Source: Cladosporium halotolerans
Lineage: Eukaryota
Assembly: GCF_011745625.1 (NCBI RefSeq)
Contig: NW_027191504.1
Coordinates: 1-64,000 of the forward strand
Length of the DNA stretch: 64,000 nt
Direction of reading: 5' to 3'
Part shown: positions 36,431-48,444 of the stretch, one piece after another
Numbering within the stretch: position 1 is the first letter of the stretch
Layout of the letters: each line of letters opens with the position of its first letter
Made by a program: the position numbers and the translations under genes
Notes under the pieces: model-generated
Told to the model about the DNA's origin: nothing
The model's database searches: none
What the model saw: only the letters and a program-made list of their open reading frames with translations

Positions 36431-38576
36431 CTAGATGGTTGATACACCGTTTATGTCGTACATTGGGAAAAGCGGTATGTCCGCCAAAGACCCATCGATC
36501 GTTTGTCGGCCCGGTTGCAGGAAATCTTGCAATCCCTCGTCGTTCTCGTTCTGCCAGGGTAGGGCGAAGAAATCGGCGTCATACATATTCCAGTCAAAGC
36601 CAGCATCGGGGGGTTGTTGATCTTGGTTTGGTGGCACGGAGGAGAAACTTGGCTCTCCCCTTCCAGCAGCTAACAATTCCGGTGAGGATGCCCTTCGACT
36701 TGTATCGGGCGGGATGAGGCCGAATAGTTGAGACGACGCTTGCTTTCGCTGGGAGCGCAGGTCAAGCTCTCGTTTTCGCGCCCGTTCAGTGGTAGTCTTC
36801 AGCAGCGTCTGTACGATCAGAACATACTGCCGTGCATGCGGGTCTACCTGAGCGAAATATTCGAGGCAATTAATGGAGGCTCTGCAGTTTTCTTCGAACG
36901 ATAAGCCTGACCTTCCAAGAACGCCGACTGCAAGGACCAGCGACGTAGTAAAAAGCCAGGATCTGAATAACGTTAGCTAGAAGAGACCTCGTGATGGCAG
37001 AAACAATCACTTACACTACGAGTGGCATCCTTCGTGGCATTTTTCCTGTATCTATAACACTCTGTAAGGTATCGACAAATGCTACGGCAGCGTCAAGTGC
37101 AGCATCCGCGAATTTGGCCTTTTCCACGTAGTCGTCTCTTGCTCCAGATGCCCTCATTGATGTTCCCAAATACTCGTAGACCTCGTATATTAGGAAAGGC
37201 CTGGTCAAAAGCATGATGCCATAGTAGTAAGAGCACAGTACTTGACAAGCACCTACGATTACTTCTCGCGTATGTGTGTCGGTAATTGATCCAGTAGCTA
37301 CATCAGTCAACGAGCGAAGCCAATGTGATGCCCATGTCTTGAGTTGGTGAGACACGAAGTTTGCGATTCTGAGAGAGATGCGCTTTCGCGAATAGACTTC
37401 CACGACGACGCGTTCAATGATCATGAACATCTGCACGCTCGCATCCAGAACGTCAAGAGTCCCATTGTTGGTGGCAGATTTGTATTTGACCGTGCAGTCC
37501 ACGTCCGACGTAGATGGCGGGCGTCCCAACATGGTGCTTATGAGCATATCTACTGCTCGGAGGCTTTTCCAGAGGCGATCTCTCACAGCATGCGTACCCG
37601 CCCCGAACGAAGCGTTCACGACGGTTCGGTGAAGGCCGATGGCATAGGCAGTGCGAGCAGCCAGAGAGAAATAGAGATATGCGCCGTTCGGTTGAAAAGC
37701 TCTCATCATGTACACCGCGACCAACGCAAAGCCTTGAACGGTCGCCACGTTCATGCTATCGGTCAATTTCGTCAGCAAGAGGTCTCTTGCGTGCTTGAAC
37801 CAAGCTTCCGCTTTTGGCTCATCCTTCTCTTGCACACCAATTGCAAGCACCAAGTAGTAGACTGCGGTCGACGCGTCATTGATTCGAGTCGATGTGCCAG
37901 CAGCCCAGCGTTTGACATCCTCAAGGAGTTGTTTGCTGTCAGACAGATGAACGAGCCCACTTGTAGCAACCAAGTATTCAGTAACAAGTGCTTCGACTTC
38001 GTCCAAACGTACTCTCGAATCGATGCGTCTTGATCCACCAACAGTCTCCGGCGGCGCAACCTCGATAAAAGAGTCTCTAGTTGCTTGCGCCAGAAACCCG
38101 TCCTGATCCGTCTCGGATGCGACGAGGTGTCTTACGGTCTGCAGAAATGAGATAGGCGCACAGTCTCCGATGAATATCACTTTGCCTTGGGCATCACGTA
38201 GCAGGCGTGCTTCCAACGGCACGTCGGTACCCTCGTGATGATCATCCCGGCTGATAGCAGGCGAAGTCGAAGGTCTGAGCTCGGTGTGATGTACTTCTGA
38301 TCGCCTGCTATGATCATCATTTGCTGCAGTGCGTGAGATCATTGGTGTTGCTTCACTCGCAGCATTGCCTATACTGCTGCGACGCGGCGTGTTGTTCGCC
38401 GATTGTGTCTGTCGGGGTTTCGGGCCCGAGAATGTACAAGAGTCGCTCCGGCCCTTGCGCGTGCAGTACGAACAAGGCAGTTCGCCATCACATTTGACCT
38501 TGCGTGCTTTGCAAAGATCGCACGCTGCCGAAACGCGGTCGACGCGGCGTCGTTTCTCCGATCGAGCGATATCCAT
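36431..38576 (-). CDS. Zn(II)2Cys6 transcription factor with fungal-specific TF domain; exons 38576-37015 and 36962-36431
   Basis: ACDLCKARKVKCDGELPCSYCTRKGRSDSC; middle homology region LAARTAYAIGLHR...RLWKSL...LGRP; acidic/aromatic C-terminus. Confidence 0.93.
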
Positions 38577-39620
38577 GACAAGTCCTAGCAGCAAGGAAGC
38601 ACGACGCGTGTGTCGGAAGGTGAACGGAAGCGAGACGGATGGGCTTTGCAATTTTCGGAACTTGGTTCCGTCGTCAATGGACAAGGTTTCTTGGCGCGAG
38701 GACTGGCTCAACCCGGCTTATCTGGATACGAATGATACGTACTCCATACGTATGTGCAGGCATCGACATCGTTATGTGGAGTATGAGATTTGATCATGAG
38801 AGGAAATTGATAGATGTATCTGATAGCTGAAAGACGCTCGTGGGGCGGAAATGGTGTGACTCAAATCCGAGTGACTGCGCAGAATGGCAATCTGGCTGCT
38901 TCCTCCGGATGAGAGGCTCTTTCATGGGGACCAAGGTCTCGATCTATTTCTTGTCGGCAGCAAAAGAGGTCGGATGCAATCTTGGCTCTGCCGTGATTCG
39001 AACACGGGTTAGCACGAACGTGGTCATCTGATTGCTCAGATGAAAATAGTGCTGTGATTACCTCTACACCACAGATCCTTGTAGATGCGCATAACCGTAT
39101 GTCTCGGCTGATGTCTTAAGAACGCAGCGATTTGAGACGAAGATTCATCAAGCCTTTACGTCACAGGTTCTCCCTGGCACCGAAGCAATGCTGTGTAGGT
39201 TGAATGCTCCCGGCGGTGCTGTGGCCGTTGTCATGGCTGAGCGACAGCCGATGCTCGGCACCATTTGGTTTATCTCGAGTCTGGATGCGAGATGGACCAC
39301 CGTACTGAGAGCAACAATAAGTCCGGGAGGCGTTGCTTTGACAGCTGATGGGTGACCGACGTCCGCACGTTCGACGTGTGTATATCTGCCGGAGGACGCG
39401 GCACATTGTGATACGGAGTGGTGTCCGTCTGGAAGATGTCGGTAGAATCTTCCTGATTAACCAGCATGAGACGATCGTGATGGACGGTGTACTTGTCGCA
39501 AAACGAGGCAAGAAACAATCCCAGCATAGTCCCGGAAGAGAGGAGCCACAGTTTCATGTGGGGGACACAGGGGTGGGTAGAGTAGAAATCAGCTCGAAGA
39601 CCTTGGCCCTTTCGAGCATT

Positions 39621-40276
39621 TCAGAAGATCCCCATTTTCTGACCCCATCCATCTCCCTTCGGATTGACCAGTACCTGAAACGGAAACGGATTCGCCTCGT
39701 TGGTCGTAATGGGTGGGATGTATCCTCGGTCCGCATTAACCACCTGCAGCACCCGCATCGCAGTCTCCTGCAAACCCGTCTCCATCCTCCTCCTGTTGCG
39801 CGCCGCTTCAGGCTCGCTCCTTGCGCCCGTCACAGAAACGTTCAGCACCCAGACCTCCCACACCGCCTCCTCGTCCGCCTTCGCGATAAACCAGCCGCTC
39901 TTCTTGCGCTTCTTCTCGAGGAACTGCACGACGATCAAGCCATGGGCGGGTTTTGAGGCGTGGTACTGGGGCGAGATTGGAGCGGTGGTGGTGTCGAGGG
40001 CGCGCAGTAGGGCTGTCGTACGGGTCTCGATCGTGTGCTCGATGTCGTCTTCGGTCACGTAAGGAAGGGTGGTGTCGAGGACGTCGTGGGTAGTTGGCAG
40101 GACGGGAGTGAACAGGCGGTGGAAGAAGATGGTATGGAGGATGCCTACCCTTGCGATCAACGCGTTGCAACAGAGTAAGGCGCCAGACAGTGATTGCTAC
40201 CTTTAACGACGTCTTTGACGTTGGTCCGGTCGGCAGATATGTCGAGGACTATCTCTGGTGGGCGGCGAGCTTCCAT
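39621..40276 (-). CDS. ATG101: Autophagy-related protein 101 (HORMA domain); exons 40276-40201 and 40144-39621
   Basis: VKDVVKG|ILHTIFFHR, WF finger (KKSGWF), WEVW and YIPPITTNEANPFPF. Confidence 0.9.
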
Positions 40277-40927
40277 GGTCACGATGGCGCTGAGTGATAC
40301 GGTTCTATTGGAATAGAAATGTTCCTGCAGTGGAACGGCTCGAAGAAAACATGCAGTGTTCCTTGGCCGAGAGGGTGACTGTTGTGTATTCGTGCAGGCG
40401 ATGGTGGTTGACCGATAAGAGAGGGGCACCCGATAGCATGACGCGACCGGTTCAACGGCCGACGCAGCCCGAGGCACCCGATGGTCAGCAGACGGCGTCA
40501 CATCGTCCGGATGAGATAAACGCAAACAAGCAATTCCGTAATATATAATTCGATTCGGGAAGTAAACGACCTCTGATGGTTTCACATTGCTCAAACCAAT
40601 TTTCAAAGAATTCCTTTACATTATCTGGGTATCTCAAATTTATGCACAGCACTCAAAGTCTGACAAGAATCAGCCGGACATGCACACAAACACGCCCCTT
40701 CACAAACCGCAAACCCATAGCCTGTCCTTTCGGCAGCACTAGGATTGGCAGATGCTGAGGTAGAAACAGACAGCCGAGAGGAAGAAAGATGTAGAATGCC
40801 AACAGCGCCTCCAAGTGCCTGCACCAGAGGCCTGAGACCGTAAGGTCATATCATTCGTTTTCGCATATGCCTCGTTTCGGGAAGGACGATCTAAGCTCTC
40901 GCTTCGTGATCGTTTATCAGGCCCGTT

Positions 40928-43171
40928 TCACGACACGCGCGGACGTTTGTCAGGCGTGCCCTGCTCGTCACCGGCAGGTGAAGTCCCACCGCTACTGACG
41001 CTCTCGACCCTGCCGCCGCCGTCGACTGGGTGCTCAGGTTGGAGCATGTTTTCACCTGTTTGGCCGTTATCGATCGGAAAATTGTTCGTGTTGACTCCTT
41101 GATTGTTTGAGTTTCCGAAGTCCCAATCGATCTGGCCGTCATCGTTGTCGAAGTTGAAATTTAGGTCGTTGTTGTCGTTGTCGAAGTTGATGAAATTGTT
41201 CGGATCAAAGTCGCCTGGTGCACCAGTAGGATCGAAGAAGCCACCTCCTTCGTTCGCGTCAGCGATGCCAGGGATGGTACCAGTCGGGCTCAGAGGCTGC
41301 AGTCTGCGGCTCAATTCGTGGACCTTGTTGTCCTGAGTTTTCTGCATGTTCGTCAAGATCTCGAGCTGTTTCTGCGTCTCCCTGAACTGATTCATATCAG
41401 GCATCGCCGGCGGGTTAGGCGAGACCAGGGCATTGTTGTTCGAGCCACCTTGCGAATTTGATATCATCGCAAGCATGTCCTCACGCTGTTGAGGTGTGAG
41501 CGGGGAGTTGCCGTTAGCTGTTTGGTAGTGGTCAAGCGCTGAGTTGAAGTCGAAGGATGGTGCTGCCGTATTGGGTGAAGACGCATTGGTGGCATTAACA
41601 CTGTTGATGAGGCTCATCATCTGGTCTGACTCTGGCGCTTGCGTCATGTCTGGTGTAGAGGCTTCGTTCTTAACTTGCGGACTCACCGAAGCCGCAAGTG
41701 GCTGAGAGCTTGTCGCACGTGAATGTCCAGCTCTAGTGACACGGTCTCCATTCATGGGACTGGCGGATGTCCTTGCAGAGCTGGGGGCTATGCGAGCGGG
41801 TGCTGATTGCTGTTGGTTCTGTGTAGGAGATGTTGCCGCAGGAGCAGGAAGAAGAAGCTGCGGCCGTTTAAACCGCTGCATCTGATTGTTCATCTCGGGA
41901 CCAGATTCAGTGAAGTCTTCGACAACGCTGCCCTGTTGTTGCTGATTGTTTTGCTGGGTCATGTTGCTGAACATGTTGACCAGGTTTTGGCCAGCTTGCC
42001 CCTCCATTGATCGGTTATAGAATGTTGCCAAGAATGTGAGGATTGCATTGATAGAATTTTCGTGTCTGTCGTGGAGCGCTTGGAACGCCGTGGCTTGTCG
42101 GTAAAAAGCGTCGTTCTGTTGTTTGAGCTGGGTGATCATGTCGGAGATGTACTTTTGGTGCTGTTGTAGCTTCTGCAGCTCTCGACGGACTGCGGACATT
42201 TCGTTCCGCGGCAGAGGCGCGAGTTCCGATGTTGAGCCAGCGATCCCCAACTCTCCTGGCGGCCTGTTTTCGGGGACAGGCGAGAAAGAGCGCTCGTCGT
42301 CGCTGTCATCGTTTTTGATGGTGTCATCTCGCTTTCTTTTGGTGCCGGACTTGCTTGCTGGCTTTTGGATGAGCCACAGTAGATCGGGGCGATTGCGCCG
42401 AAAATATGGGTGTGAATACATGCTCGGAGGCTTCACGCCTTTCCGAGCTTTCTCAGATTGCCGCAGGGATCCATCAGTAATGTTCACGGTCTTGTGGAAG
42501 CCGTACATGTTGAGTTGGCGAACGAAAGAAGCATAGTTGTTGTGCTTGAAGAGCTCCGGGATCAGAGTACGAGCGAATTCGTCTTCGTCAAGCACTATGA
42601 AAGACCGGCCGTCGTCTGACCAGCGAATGAGGCTTGTATTTCCGCTGTCGAGAAAACTGGTATCATAGTCAGTAGCTGTTCAAGACATTGTCTTTATCTC
42701 CTCTTACCTGCTCAGTTTCTGCACAAAGGGCGGAATCTGCTTTCGCTTTCCTTGCGCATCTCTTTTCGCCATTGCCACCCGCCTTTCGAGGTCCGCCTCG
42801 TTCTCCTCATCGTTTTGACCGCTCATATTGTTGTACCCTCCATTCCATTGCTCCTGTTGGGGAGGTACCTGGGGCGCAAGTTGGTGATTCCGCGCGCGGC
42901 GGACTAGATCCGTCGAAGGCGCAACCGGCGCCAGATTGCTGCCATAGGTCGGTGCCTGCGATGCGTTTATGCCAGCGGCAAACGCATTGGTGTCGTCTGG
43001 AAGAGGGTCTTGAAAAGACTGGTCAATGGGGTACTGCGTGAAGTCGAAGTTGCCGAAGTCGGCATTTTGCGGTATTTGAGAGTAGTCGAAGACGTTTTGC
43101 GCGCCAGGTTGCGGCATCATAGGCGACGCACCGGGTGCGGCTCGTTTTCTATTGGAAGGAGTGCGCTGCAT
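40928..43171 (-). CDS. HSF1: Heat shock transcription factor; exons 43171-42708 and 42656-40928
   Basis: [61 protein letters not shown], and trimerisation heptads ending HENSINAILTFLATFY. Confidence 0.94.
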
Positions 43172-44217
43172 TCTTGGTCGTTGCCTGTGGGCAACTGGAA
43201 GGCGAGCGGGATGAAAGCAGAAGGCACTGCTTTTTCGAGGGGCGCGCAAGGTCTTGGAGCACTGCTGGAGAAAATATGGGTGATGAACCGAGTTGGAAAC
43301 TTGGGCGCGAGAAAAGGTGATATAGGTGGTGCTGACAGACACAGACCACGCGATTTGTGCGGTCACAGGTCAGATGGAAGACCAGGCTGCCAATGCGCTG
43401 GCGACGTGGATGCGCATTCACCAGTGGTACATTGCGCGCGTGCGCAGAAGAGCAGTCAGAGAGACAATGTCAGGCAGACCGTTGTCCGTTCAGTTCTGCC
43501 TGTGACGCGGGTGAAGCTTCGGAAGGTGGTTGTGAAGGTGAGAGTCGGTGGTATGCGATATGCGATATGCGACGGGCTGGGCGGTGAGAGGACGGGAGCA
43601 GATTCGCGCGTGCGCGTGCAGTTTTGTTGTCGGATCGATGCGAGGCTTCCAGAGGCCGCGATGGCCAGCGAAGTGCACGTATGACACAGACGAGGCTCGT
43701 TCGTGCCCGAGGCCTCTGTCTTTGCTCACTTTTGCGTAAAGCCCGTAAAGCCGCCAAGACTGCCATCTCCGTCTGGGGATGGGCATCAGCCCTACGATGA
43801 CGACGTTGCCTGCTGCCTGCCGACGCCGATCAGACACTTCTCCTTTACTTCACTTCGAATACGTGCTGATGTAATGCAATGAACATGCTGAAGTTGCACT
43901 CTACCGACTTGTATCACCGCATTCATATCCTTGATCGGGACTTTCCATTACCAGACGAGTTCTGCTGATTGAAAGAACAACACCGCTTCTAAACCTTCGA
44001 GCTGAGCTAGTACCAACCACAAAGCTTATTGTCCCGTTCACATGCCACATGCGTAGCATGTATCGCAGGATACCACAATGTGAAACACCAAATTCCCTCG
44101 TTCCGCGCGCACCACTCCTTGCCGCTCCGTCCACGTGCGTTGCGTGTACCGCAGAACACCGCAATCAGAAATTCCAATCCCATACTTGAACATCGCCCAC
44201 ATCACTAACTGGTTTCC

Positions 44218-46041
44218 TCACAATTCTTCGCCACCGATACCGCCTTCAACCTCATCTTCGCCCTCAGCGTCAACCTCATCGTCATCCTCAGCACCTTCAC
44301 CAATCTGCTCGCCGCCTGTCTGACCGCCGCTGCCCAGGTGCCCTCCCATGCCACCACGCCAATCGCCCCTGCCCCCTCCGCCACCCATCTCCGTATCATG
44401 AAGAGATGAAGCAAAGGGAAGCCCACCGGTAATTGGGGCGAAACGCTGCCCAGAGGGTGCGGAAGTAGCGGGCGCTGGAGACGTGTTAGTTCGGGTTTCA
44501 ATCTTGGGATCCAAGGGAGACTTACCTAATTCCCTCAGTCTCGGGAACGGGTGTGGGCCCAGAGGCGTCAAGCCAGAGGCTGCTGTGCGTGGTTCAATCA
44601 AGGACTCACTTTTGCTGGTGAGTTTGATCTTACCTGGAACGCCGAAGGGCGGTGCCGGAGGTGCCATGCTACCTGGCGCCGGGAAGTGCCCGGGCGACGT
44701 GAAGGGAGCACTGTAGTGGGCCTGACTGTAGGGCGTCATTGTGCCCATGCTGGCAGTCGAAGGAAAGAAGCCTGTGGTCGAGGTGTTCTGCGGGAGACCT
44801 CGGCGCCTATGTTGGTGGAAGGACGGCATGCCGCCGGCACCCATAGGCCCCGGGACATTGAGCATTGGCACCACAACGGACTGATTGCTGACGGACTGCT
44901 GTTCTGGGTATGCTGGCACGACAAGCTGCGGTCCTTGATTGATGGGGTGGAGGCCTGGGTTGATGGGTTGAAAGCCTGGAGCACTGGACAAGCTGCGCAT
45001 GAAAACGGGCTCAACATCTGCCGATTTGACGCTGTCCATACGCTGTCTCTTCGAAGTATGTTTATCAGACGCTTTTGCGCCACGAATCGGTGAACCGGGT
45101 AAGTCTGATTTTGCCACGGTCCTCGCGGGCTTAGTTTCAGCATCATATATGCCGGACTCTCTCAAGACCTGCCGGGTTCTTGCGCGAAGCTTGGTCAAGC
45201 GTTCTTGAACTGCCTTGGGCGTCGGAGTTTCTTTGAAGTACTCAGCAATCTTCGGAAACTCGTGGCCAGCAATCTCGCGATGAAGACCGAACAAGAGAAG
45301 CGTGTAGTCATTTTCGACCGTCCAGCGAATCTTTGCCTTGGGGCCCGTGCGGTTCGGATTGATGGACCCACCATCCGTGTCCGGCGTACCCGGTGGAACC
45401 GCAAGTTGCGGTGGCTGTTGTGTATTCTCTGCTGGCGAGTTCCCATAACCGAAGTTCTCCTGAATACCGCCGGTGGCTCTGCTGGTTTCATTGGTAGTTG
45501 GCGGGTGGACGAAGCGGGTACCGAAGTTCCCTAGGCTGTGCGGAGTGGTTTGGAGCCCAGTAGCATCGATGAGTGGATTTTCAGCCGGTGAAGTGGCGTT
45601 CGGGCCTAATTGTTGTTCAACATGATAGCTTGAGATGGGACCAGGCCCAATCGCATTGTTGTAGGGCTGCAGAGAGACCAAATGAGGCACGTGGAGCTGA
45701 CTGTAACCAGGACCGGCCATGTGATGGGCGTACCCATCAGGCAGAGGAGTACGCTGGGCTCGATTAAGCCAGTGGCCCGCAAACGCAGTGCTGTATTGCC
45801 CGCCGCTCGAAGACATTGACGTGCTCGCAGCGCCACGACCACTGGGAGCACGATTCGGCGCCTCACCGGAGCCATCAACACAAAGATTGACCTGCTCATG
45901 CCCAGTAGCGCTGCTGTTACCAGGCTGCGTTACTTGCCTTATCTCGAACTGCTGCGATAAGGGGTCTTCAATGGAATGCACCACTTCCAAGCCAACGTTA
46001 CGTTTTGGAAGGTTCCAGAGGATGGACTGGTCTTGGTTCAT
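44218..46041 (-). CDS. Low-complexity protein with a small Myb/SANT-like helical domain; exon structure uncertain
   Basis: 607-aa ORF containing KIRWTVENDYTLLL...FPKIAEYF...TPKAVQERLTKLR. Two intron-like 51-nt segments lie near the 3' end. Confidence 0.65.
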   Translation of the reverse strand: MNQDQSILWNLPKRNVGLEVVHSIEDPLSQQFEIRQVTQPGNSSATGHEQVNLCVDGSGEAPNRAPSGRGAASTSMSSSGGQYSTAFAGHWLNRAQRTPLPDGYAHHMAGPGYSQLHVPHLVSLQPYNNAIGPGPISSYHVEQQLGPNATSPAENPLIDATGLQTTPHSLGNFGTRFVHPPTTNETSRATGGIQENFGYGNSPAENTQQPPQLAVPPGTPDTDGGSINPNRTGPKAKIRWTVENDYTLLLFGLHREIAGHEFPKIAEYFKETPTPKAVQERLTKLRARTRQVLRESGIYDAETKPARTVAKSDLPGSPIRGAKASDKHTSKRQRMDSVKSADVEPVFMRSLSSAPGFQPINPGLHPINQGPQLVVPAYPEQQSVSNQSVVVPMLNVPGPMGAGGMPSFHQHRRRGLPQNTSTTGFFPSTASMGTMTPYSQAHYSAPFTSPGHFPAPGSMAPPAPPFGVPGKIKLTSKSESLIEPRTAASGLTPLGPHPFPRLRELGKSPLDPKIETRTNTSPAPATSAPSGQRFAPITGGLPFASSLHDTEMGGGGGRGDWRGGMGGHLGSGGQTGGEQIGEGAEDDDEVDAEGEDEVEGGIGGEEL

Positions 46042-46866
46042 CTTGCCGGTGACGAGGAGGTGAGTGTTCGTTGATCTTTCGAGAGCGATGTCGATAGAGA
46101 CGAATTGCTATGAGTTGCGTGGTTGTAGATAACGAAGAGGCGGATGAAAGACAGTGAGCGGAAGCGAGAAGATTGTGTGCGACACAAGAACTTGCTCACG
46201 CGGGGTCATCAGCTGTAAGTGAATGAGAATGGAGGTGCAGCATTGGTCCGAGCGTGGTCAGAAGCACATGGCACTCCTACGGTTACATTCTGGCGACGCA
46301 TCTTCTAGAGCGAAGACAGACTCCTGACCCCACTGCTACCACTGCTACCTCAAGACTACCAACCGTTACATCGTCGAGGCATGTTGATTTGAGATACTGA
46401 GCTTACTTTGAGTGGTAGAGCGAGGCGAAGTCACGGCTTTGGATTATTCGCGGAATACATTGCTGCGGCAGCGGATGATTGTCCAAACATGCTGTATGGT
46501 GGAAGAATATAAAACGGTCGTACCTTCAATCCCAATTACTAGCCTACGCCACATGACTAATCAGTCAAATGTGTGAATATTAACATTGAATGAAACAAAA
46601 CAATATTCATTAGCTCATCATATCGACTCATCATCGCCAATGCGTGCTTTGATCTGAAGCTGAGGTGGGCATTTATTGATGCCTCAGGCATCCATATCAA
46701 ACATCAGCGAAATTTCCATGTCACATTTGAGAAGTGAGGTACAATCAGCCGTCGACAAAAAAATATTCCACACACTCTGGCTCACCTATAGCAGCAAACT
46801 GGGTAGCATTTGTCTTTGAACGGTACTCGAGCAATTTGGTCGACGTCTGTAGACGAAGCCTTCGCA

Positions 46867-48151
46867 ATGACGGACACAGACAAACAGCCCGTGGCCGCGC
46901 CAATAACCAACGATGCAAAACCCGAAACACAAGAAACTCCCGCCGCCGGTGCAAAGCCACCTCCCCAAGTGCTCGGCGATGATCTGAACTACGATGACCC
47001 GGACGCTCTCTTCAAAGAACTCAACCGCTCGCCCTTTTTCATGACTCAGCTCCCGGATGACGACGGCGAAGAGAACACGCTCGTCGAAGCGCTGAAAGCG
47101 ATGGCCTATGAGGGCACGCGCGATCAGATTGCCGAAAATTTCAAAACCCAGGGCAACGAGGCTGTAGGCGAGAAGCGGTGGTTCGACGCGCGGGAGTTCT
47201 ACTCCAAAGCCCTCGCCGCGCTGAAGGGCCCCAAGGTGCCCTCGCATCTGGAGGAAGGCGACCCGAGCATGAAGGTCGTCGAGATCGAAGACGAAGAGGA
47301 CGTAGAGAAGAAGGAGCGCGCTCTGGAAGAGGCTTGCTTGGCTAACAGGGCTCTCTGCCAGCTGGAGATGAGTATCTAACCCCTTCCCTTTCCGAGCAGA
47401 TGCCTCACGCCGCGTGCTAACAATCCCGGCCGCAGAGAACTACGGCTCGTGTAACAGAGATTGCGCCTCGACGCTCAAGCTCAACCCGCGCAACGTCAAA
47501 GCCTGGTACCGCGCTGCGTCCGCTTGTCTGGCGTTAGACAAGCTGTCGGAAGCGCTCGACGCAGCGGAGTGCGGCCTGCGTTTCGACCCGAACAGCAAGC
47601 CGCTCGACGCCATCAAAGCCAGAATAGAGAAGCGCGCGAAGGACGTCGAGGAGCTGAACCGGTGGCGGAAAGAGCGCGAAGAGCGCGCTGCTCGCGAGAC
47701 GTCGAATCTCAAGTTCGCTATTCGATCGCGCGGCATCCTCGCGCGTGAGACGGGGGATCCGCCCGATATGGAAGACGCAAAAATCAGCCTGGCGGATCCA
47801 AATGACCCAAAGTCGGTTCTCAGCTTTCCTGTCATCTTTCTTTACCCGATGGAGGCGCAGAGTGATTTCATCAAGGCTTGTGCAGAGGACGAGACGCTGG
47901 CTGATCACTTGGAGTACGTTCTGCCGCCGCCGTGGGACGAGAAGGCTGAGTATGCGCCCGAGGAGACGGAATGCTACATGGAGACTGTGTCTGGCGGTTT
48001 GATCAAAGCTGGCAAGAAGCTTATCTTGCTGAAGCTGCTGAGCGGTGGCAAGATCGAGGTCACAGATGGGTTGGTCAAAGTTAATGTGGTGCCGAAGAAA
48101 AAAGCTGCAGCGTTCATTGAGGAGTTCAAGAAGAGGAAAGGAAAGCAGTGA
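46867..48151 (+). CDS. CNS1: TPR co-chaperone of Hsp70/Hsp90 (Cns1/TTC4); exons 46867-47371 and 47436-48151
   Basis: ELNRSPFFMT, ALKAMAYEG, AENFKTQGNE, NRALCQLEM|KNYGSC, NVKAWYR and FPVIFLYP...QSDFI. Confidence 0.93.
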
Positions 48152-48444
48152 GGAGTAATGCGAAGCGGTAAAAGGCAGCTTCAATTGGTTGCAGGCGTTC
48201 CATGTCCAGCGCGAACGGTCAACGCAGCTCAATCGTGCTATGTCAGTAATCCTTTCGCTGAACAACGCCGACTTGGCCATGCAAAACGCTCCTCGCTATG
48301 CCTCTTAGTCCTCTGTCGCGCTCATGCAGTTCGCAGGGCCGACTTGCGCGTGCCGCATTTCGCTCTACGTGAACCTGCGACTTCCCTCTATCCACAGCAA
48401 GTCCCTTCACGTGAGCGCGTGAATTCCGACACCATTGGGTCGCA

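Noticed and set aside
43513..43524. HSE-like GAAgcTTCgGAA upstream of HSF1
   Set aside because: The third unit is out of phase, leaving only two correctly spaced units.
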